Assembly: GCA_944332555.1 (NCBI GenBank)
Contig: CALVKF010000003.1
Location: 1-62,437, forward strand
Origin: an uncultured Bacilli bacterium
Lineage (GTDB): Bacteria; Bacillota_I; Bacilli_A; RF39; UBA660
DNA: 62,437 nt
Direction of reading: 5' to 3'
Below the pieces are notes generated by a model. That model saw only the letters and a program-made list of their open reading frames with translations, was not told where the DNA came from and ran no database searches. The position numbers and the translations under genes were made by a program. Numbering within the stretch: the stretch's first letter is position 1; each line of letters starts with the position of its first letter. Shown in pieces: positions 58,389 to 62,437 of this stretch.

Positions 58389-58887
58389 CTAAATTTAAAG
58401 TTATTTCTTTATTTTTAGCATCAACCATTCTGTAGGTTACACCACATTTATCAAATAATCTTTTAGATGCAATATTACCTTCAGTACCATTATATTTATC
58501 ACTTAAATAAACTACTTCTTTGATACCACATTGAATAATAGCTTTAGCACATTCATTACATGGAAATAAAGCTACATATATGCGTGCTCCTTCTAAATCT
58601 CTTCGATTACCACGGAAATTTAGTATAGCATTTAATTCCGCATGGCAAACATAAAAATACTTAGTATTTAGAGCATCTCCTTCTCTATCCCAAGGAAAAT
58701 CACTATCAGGAAATCCATTCGGAGTACCATTATAACCAATTGATAAAATCCGATTATCAGCTCCAACTATACAAGCTCCAACTTGAGTTGATGGATCTTT
58801 ACTTCTTAAAGCTGATAATTTAGCAACTCCCATAAAGTATTCATCCCAAGATAAATATTCTTTTCTTTGTTTATTGATGTTTTCCAT
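58381..58887 (-). CDS. comEB: dCMP deaminase (ComEB-type)
   Basis: CMP/dCMP deaminase zinc motifs HAELNAI and PCNECAK. GGGTGAGG RBS. Confidence 0.92.
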   Translation of the reverse strand: MENINKQRKEYLSWDEYFMGVAKLSALRSKDPSTQVGACIVGADNRILSIGYNGTPNGFPDSDFPWDREGDALNTKYFYVCHAELNAILNFRGNRRDLEGARIYVALFPCNECAKAIIQCGIKEVVYLSDKYNGTEGNIASKRLFDKCGVTYRMVDAKNKEITLNLDE

Positions 58888-58905
58888 ATTACCTCACCCT
58901 ACTAA

Positions 58906-58937
58906 CTATTGTATCAAAATATTGAAGTAAAATCTAT
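58906..58937. repeat. 32-bp direct repeat copy 1 (CTATTGTATCAAAATATTGAAGTAAAATCTAT), containing the comEB extended -10 promoter TGATACAAT on the minus strand
   Basis: Identical to 60069-60100. Confidence 0.95.
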
Positions 58938-58945
58938 ATTAATAA

Positions 58946-59078
58946 TGAAAAAAAAGTAATCATTCCTGATTACATATTATGATGGGTACCCCAGGCGAGA
59001 TGAATGCTCACATACTATAAGGTATGCTTACTGGCATTGCCAACACATCGTTATTCCTTCACGAGTACCACATCTATA
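58946..59078 (-). ncRNA. Candidate ~130-nt small RNA, or structured 3' UTR of the DUF3644 gene
   Basis: Extended -10 TGATATAAT (59084-59092) lies just after the DUF3644 stop. The segment is locally GC-richer. It has a closing helix GATG(T)GGTAC/GTACCCATC, internal hairpins (CATAC/GTATG, GGC/GCC), and then the terminator GTAATCA-GGAA-TGATTAC plus T8 (58948-58973). No ORF. Confidence 0.35.
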
Positions 59079-59104
59079 TAAATATTATATCACAAATTAC
59101 TAAA

Positions 59105-60043
59105 TTATGCACTTTTTTTATTATTAGCAAATTCTTCTATGTAAGTTTGACTAACATATTCAATTGTTATATCACTGTATTTATAAATTTTATTTGTAGA
59201 ATATGGAAATTGATAACAATAATCTTGATTATTTTTTATTCCTTTTTTTCTACAGATTTTTTGAAATGTATTCGAAGTAAAACCGTGATTTGGTCCAAGA
59301 GATAATTCCAATGTTTCTTTTATTTTCTTGATAACTTCAGTAGTTGTATATGGGTGTGTTTTTTCAATATCTTTTGGCACATTAATCATAGTCGCTTTGT
59401 TATCACCATTTTTTACTACTGTATATACAATATCCGCTTCAGATTCCTTTTTTGTAGCAACAAGCCTTAATGTTTGTCCTAAAGACTCATCAGAAGCCAA
59501 TTCATTTTTAATATTTTCAAGCAACAATAAATTGGTTGGATTTAATATTAAAGATGAAATATTATCATCATTTCCTGGATTTACTAAAGCTATATAAGGG
59601 GTCACTTTTTCATTCAAATTGTAATCTGGAAAATGTTTTTTAAAAAATCTATTATAATTTGTAAGACATCTTTGAAATGCTGGAGATAATATATAATCAT
59701 ATTCTGGCAAAATTAAATGTGTCGCTTTATTTCTTATATTTCTAATAAAAGATATATTATTTTTGGTTTTATCAGTAGTACTAGTAAAGATTTTTTCAAC
59801 ACATTCATCCAATCCTATAGTTCTATTTGAATCATCTTTATAATTAATAGCACTAATATTTTGATTTTTATTTATTAAATATGCCTTTAACAAAAGTTCC
59901 CAAGCATTACATATAAAAAAGCAAAAACCTTCTGTTCTATAGTTTATGGTAGGTTTATTAATAATTTCAATAGCCATTAAATACGCTTCTTCTGACTTAC
60001 TTAAAAGTGCATTTATATATTTATTCAACTCGACGCTGGTCAT
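59105..60043 (-). CDS. DUF3644-like protein
   Basis: N-terminal SKSEEAYLMAIEIINKPTINYRTEGFCFFICNAWELLLKAYL matches my recollection of the DUF3644 core (...YNKP...R...F.....AWELLLKA). Start set to ATG 60043, 9 nt after GAGGAG. Confidence 0.6.
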   Translation of the reverse strand: MTSVELNKYINALLSKSEEAYLMAIEIINKPTINYRTEGFCFFICNAWELLLKAYLINKNQNISAINYKDDSNRTIGLDECVEKIFTSTTDKTKNNISFIRNIRNKATHLILPEYDYILSPAFQRCLTNYNRFFKKHFPDYNLNEKVTPYIALVNPGNDDNISSLILNPTNLLLLENIKNELASDESLGQTLRLVATKKESEADIVYTVVKNGDNKATMINVPKDIEKTHPYTTTEVIKKIKETLELSLGPNHGFTSNTFQKICRKKGIKNNQDYCYQFPYSTNKIYKYSDITIEYVSQTYIEEFANNKKSA

Positions 60044-60068
60044 TAATATCATCTCCTCATATAGTTAT

Positions 60069-60100
60069 CTATTGTATCAAAATATTGAAGTAAAATCTAT
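60069..60100. repeat. 32-bp direct repeat copy 2, providing the same TGATACAAT promoter to the DUF3644 gene
   Basis: Identical to 58906-58937. Confidence 0.95.
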
Positions 60101-60193
60101 GGGTTTACAGGAAATTTTACTAAATTACATCAAACCTATGATATAATAAATGCATAACATTTACATATATTTATATTCAAGGGGGTAATATAA

Positions 60194-60508
60194 ATGAACA
60201 CGCAAATAATTTATGATAATCCCAATAATACTTATTATATTTATAATGGAATATATAAAGGTAATAAGTTAAGTACAAAACTTATTACTGATGGTAATAC
60301 TTTTAAACAAGATTATACAGATGATTTAATAAAATATTATTTAGATAGTCCTGATGATAAAAGTATTAGATTAGAAAGTGGTAGTATTTATGAAATAGTT
60401 GTAACTAACGCAAGTTTCGTTACAATTCAAGGTTTTATTAATGATGAATTAGTAAGCACTAAAACATATTTTGAAAACAAAGAAAATTTAAAAAGAATAA
60501 AAAACTAA
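60194..60508 (+). CDS. Hypothetical 104-aa protein
   Basis: AAGGGGG RBS 8 nt upstream. No family recognised. Confidence 0.55.
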   Translation: MNTQIIYDNPNNTYYIYNGIYKGNKLSTKLITDGNTFKQDYTDDLIKYYLDSPDDKSIRLESGSIYEIVVTNASFVTIQGFINDELVSTKTYFENKENLKRIKN

Positions 60509-61221
60509 ATTTTATTCTTTTTAAGTGATAGTAAAATAATAAAGCCTACTACTATAAAAATTAGACTAATATATTGATTAATAGATAAGATAACATTTTG
60601 ATGAGACATTCTAAAAAAATCTAATATAAATTTAGCAAGGCCACAAAGGATAAAACTAATACCTATTGTTTGTGTGTTAAATTTATTTTGTAGCTTCTTA
60701 TTTAACATATAAATAAATATTAACAAAAATACTATTGATTCTACTAATTGGATAGGAAATAAAGAAACACCTACTGGGGCATGCAATGAATAATTATAAA
60801 CAACACTAAATATACCACTATATTTTATTCCATAACAACATCCCACTAAAAAACAACCTATTTTACCTATCGCATACATTAGAGGTATTGGCACAATAAA
60901 TAGACTCAATAAATCTTTAAATAATTTTTTAAATTGCAAAGAAAATAACAAAAGAAATAATAAAGCTCCAATTACTGCTCCATACGATGATAAACCTAAT
61001 TTAAAAAAATCAAATTCATCATATTTAGAATAATTTAAAATATATGTAAGTAATTTTGCTCCTAATAAGATACCTGTATTTTCATATAATAATAAACATA
61101 TTGTTTCAATTTTACTATATTTACTTGTTAATAATATAATAATTATATTACTAAGTAATGCAATTATTATAAATAAACTATATAATGGAAAATCTGTATT
61201 TATCATAATTAACCTGGACAA
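60505..61221 (-). CDS. Divergent Lgt-family (prolipoprotein diacylglyceryl transferase-like) membrane protein
   Basis: About 7 TM helices with SSYGAVIG, IGKIGCFLVGCCYG and FPIQLVES motifs. At 238 aa it is shorter than typical Lgt. Confidence 0.55.
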   Translation of the reverse strand: MSRLIMINTDFPLYSLFIIIALLSNIIIILLTSKYSKIETICLLLYENTGILLGAKLLTYILNYSKYDEFDFFKLGLSSYGAVIGALLFLLLFSLQFKKLFKDLLSLFIVPIPLMYAIGKIGCFLVGCCYGIKYSGIFSVVYNYSLHAPVGVSLFPIQLVESIVFLLIFIYMLNKKLQNKFNTQTIGISFILCGLAKFILDFFRMSHQNVILSINQYISLIFIVVGFIILLSLKKNKI

Positions 61222-61547
61222 GAACCCACTAAAGTATCACAAGCGTTATTTAAAAATGAGCCCATAAAGAAATAAATTCCTACAAATAATAAAAATACCA
61301 CAAATAATATTCTAATTAAAGAATTATTAGGACATGTTATAATACCAGTTACTATTGATATTAAGCAAATTACTAAAAAAACTTCTATATATTTAGGAAA
61401 TATTAGAGCCCCTAATAAACTTAAAATAAAGATAACTACACATGATATAGCTTCAACATCTTTTTCTTTTTTATTTATTTCAGTTCCACAATTAGGACAT
61501 TGTTTTGCATTTTTATCTATTTCTTGACCACATTTCTTGCATTTCAC
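61209..61547 (-). CDS. Zn-ribbon (CxxC...CxxC) membrane protein
   Basis: MKCKKCGQEIDKNAKQCPNCG followed by 2-3 TM helices. There is a 13-nt overlap with the Lgt-like gene. Confidence 0.65.
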   Translation of the reverse strand: MKCKKCGQEIDKNAKQCPNCGTEINKKEKDVEAISCVVIFILSLLGALIFPKYIEVFLVICLISIVTGIITCPNNSLIRILFVVFLLFVGIYFFMGSFLNNACDTLVGSCPG

Positions 61548-61659
61548 TAAAAACCACTTCCATATCTTAATATTATTATACCTTATTTTTAATTTTTAGA
61601 AAAGAAAAAAGCAATCATTTCTGATTACCTCTTTTTACATAATAATGTTTAATATATAT

Positions 61660-61989
61660 TCATTTATCACTAGAATCCATAAAATGTCTACACAAAACTC
61701 GAGATTTAGAATTAATTTGAAATTCTCCAGGGCAAAAGCCATAGATACCATTGTTTCTTTCACAATCACTATCACAGTAGTATTGTTCAACTACAGTTTC
61801 ATCATTACTTTGTTCGTAAGAATATGCTAATAAGATATCTAAAGATTTATAAAATTCTTCTTCAGTCACTGCACTATCCATAGTGCCATATTTTTGGCAT
61901 CGCATAAATTCACAGACATCATAACAAGCTTTTCGTACACTGTTTTCTGGAAAATCTTTAGTTAAATATTCATAATATTTTTTATCCAT
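61660..61989 (-). CDS. Cysteine-rich hypothetical 109-aa protein
   Basis: The ORF is followed by terminator GGTAATCA-GAAA-TGATTGC plus T6. No family recognised. Confidence 0.5.
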   Translation of the reverse strand: MDKKYYEYLTKDFPENSVRKACYDVCEFMRCQKYGTMDSAVTEEEFYKSLDILLAYSYEQSNDETVVEQYYCDSDCERNNGIYGFCPGEFQINSKSRVLCRHFMDSSDK

Positions 61990-62015
61990 ATTCCAAAACC
62001 TCTATAATATAAAAA

Positions 62016-62101
62016 TGGTGCCCGAGGTCGGACTTGAACCGACATGGTATTGCTACCAACGGATTTTGAGTCCGCCGCGTCTACCATTCCACCACTCGGG
62101 C
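62016..62101 (-). tRNA. tRNA-Leu (anticodon CAA) with long variable arm and encoded CCA
   Basis: Minus strand: GCCCGAG acceptor pairs with CTCGGGC, followed by ACCA. Anticodon loop CTCAAAA, variable arm GTTGGTAGCAATACCATG, T-loop GGTTCAAGTCC. Confidence 0.96.
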
Positions 62102-62111
62102 AACTAAGAAG

Positions 62112-62140
62112 ATTATAACATAAAATGTTTAATTTTTAAA
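62112..62140 (-). promoter_or_regulatory. Extended -10 promoter (TGT-TATAAT) for tRNA-Leu
   Basis: TATAAT at 62112-62117 on the minus strand, 10 nt upstream of the mature 5' end. Weak -35 TTTAAA at N17. Confidence 0.5.
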
Positions 62141-62437
62141 CATTTACTCATAATATTTCTTATCTTTTAGCTAAATTTTTATTAAGTTTATTAATTTTAT
62201 AAATATAAATAAAGAACTTTCTAATCTTGAAGGATAAGGTTCTTTTGATGCATGGTGAGAAAATCCATATTATTTTTTTTGAAAGAATAAATTCAAATTA
62301 AAGTAGTATTTAAAATATTTGAAGTAATTCATATTTTTGATTAACCATTATTATAAAATCCCGGAGTTTGCCACTTAACTTTTTATATAAAATGCATAAA
62401 AGTCCTATTTTTAGGTCTTTTTTTATTGCATTATATA

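Noticed and set aside
58976-59080. ZTP (pfl) riboswitch upstream of comEB
   Set aside because: TCGTGA and CGCCTGGGG resemble conserved ZTP strings. However, the GGCG pseudoknot partner and the P1/P2 then P3 order are missing. A terminator and a separate promoter lie between it and comEB.
41959-61830. Short ORFs from the track in the right half: 41959-42174, 43022-43270, 44398-44607, 45612-46001, 46212-46454, 48316-48519, 49703-49906, 52855-53067, 54117-54416, 56667-56897, 58070-58282, 59024-59305, 59328-59597, 59946-60146, 61645-61830
   Set aside because: They are antisense to, or overlap, confidently called genes or intergenic regulatory DNA. They have no RBS and give an implausible composition.

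Overview
This is an AT-rich chromosomal segment from a low-GC, spore-forming Firmicute. No finer taxonomy can be claimed from the sequence alone. Almost every gene is on the minus strand. Core synteny resembles Bacillus: pcrA-ligA, rny, rodZ-pgsA, gpsB-rnpB, recU-ponA, nth-dnaD-cca, class I aldolase, srtB, comEB, tRNA-Leu(CAA), plus CotY/Z-like and CotD-like coat genes. Four accessory blocks interrupt the core. (1) 0.1-3.0 kb holds an XRE regulator, an AbiEi/AbiEii type IV TA pair, and two tandem paralogous non-coding transcription units I cannot assign to any RNA family I know. (2) 14.4-30.7 kb is a cell-wall glycopolymer locus: tagO, galE, a Wzx flippase, six glycosyltransferases, a polymerase/ligase-GT4 fusion, mnaA, an MBOAT plus SGNH pair, tagA and a GtrB-like gene. 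(3) 30.8-45.5 kb is a defence/TA island with no integrase. It contains an AlbA_2/HATPase regulator-like gene and a frameshifted Fic gene. It also contains a complete four-gene Wadjet type II-like operon (jetABCD) whose 3' UTR carries a 21-nt tandem repeat array. Two unknown plus-strand genes follow. The island ends with a cassette that the ORF track misses: a frameshifted MqsR-like toxin gene, then a Zn-ribbon/HTH/Panacea(DUF4065) fusion antitoxin, then a truncated Zn-ribbon paralog. (4) 58.9-60.1 kb is a 1.16-kb DUF3644 cassette bracketed by 32-bp direct repeats that each carry the same promoter, plus a candidate small RNA. No rRNA, CRISPR array, transposase or integrase was seen. Most plus-strand ORFs in the supplied track are antisense artefacts of AT-rich coding sequence.
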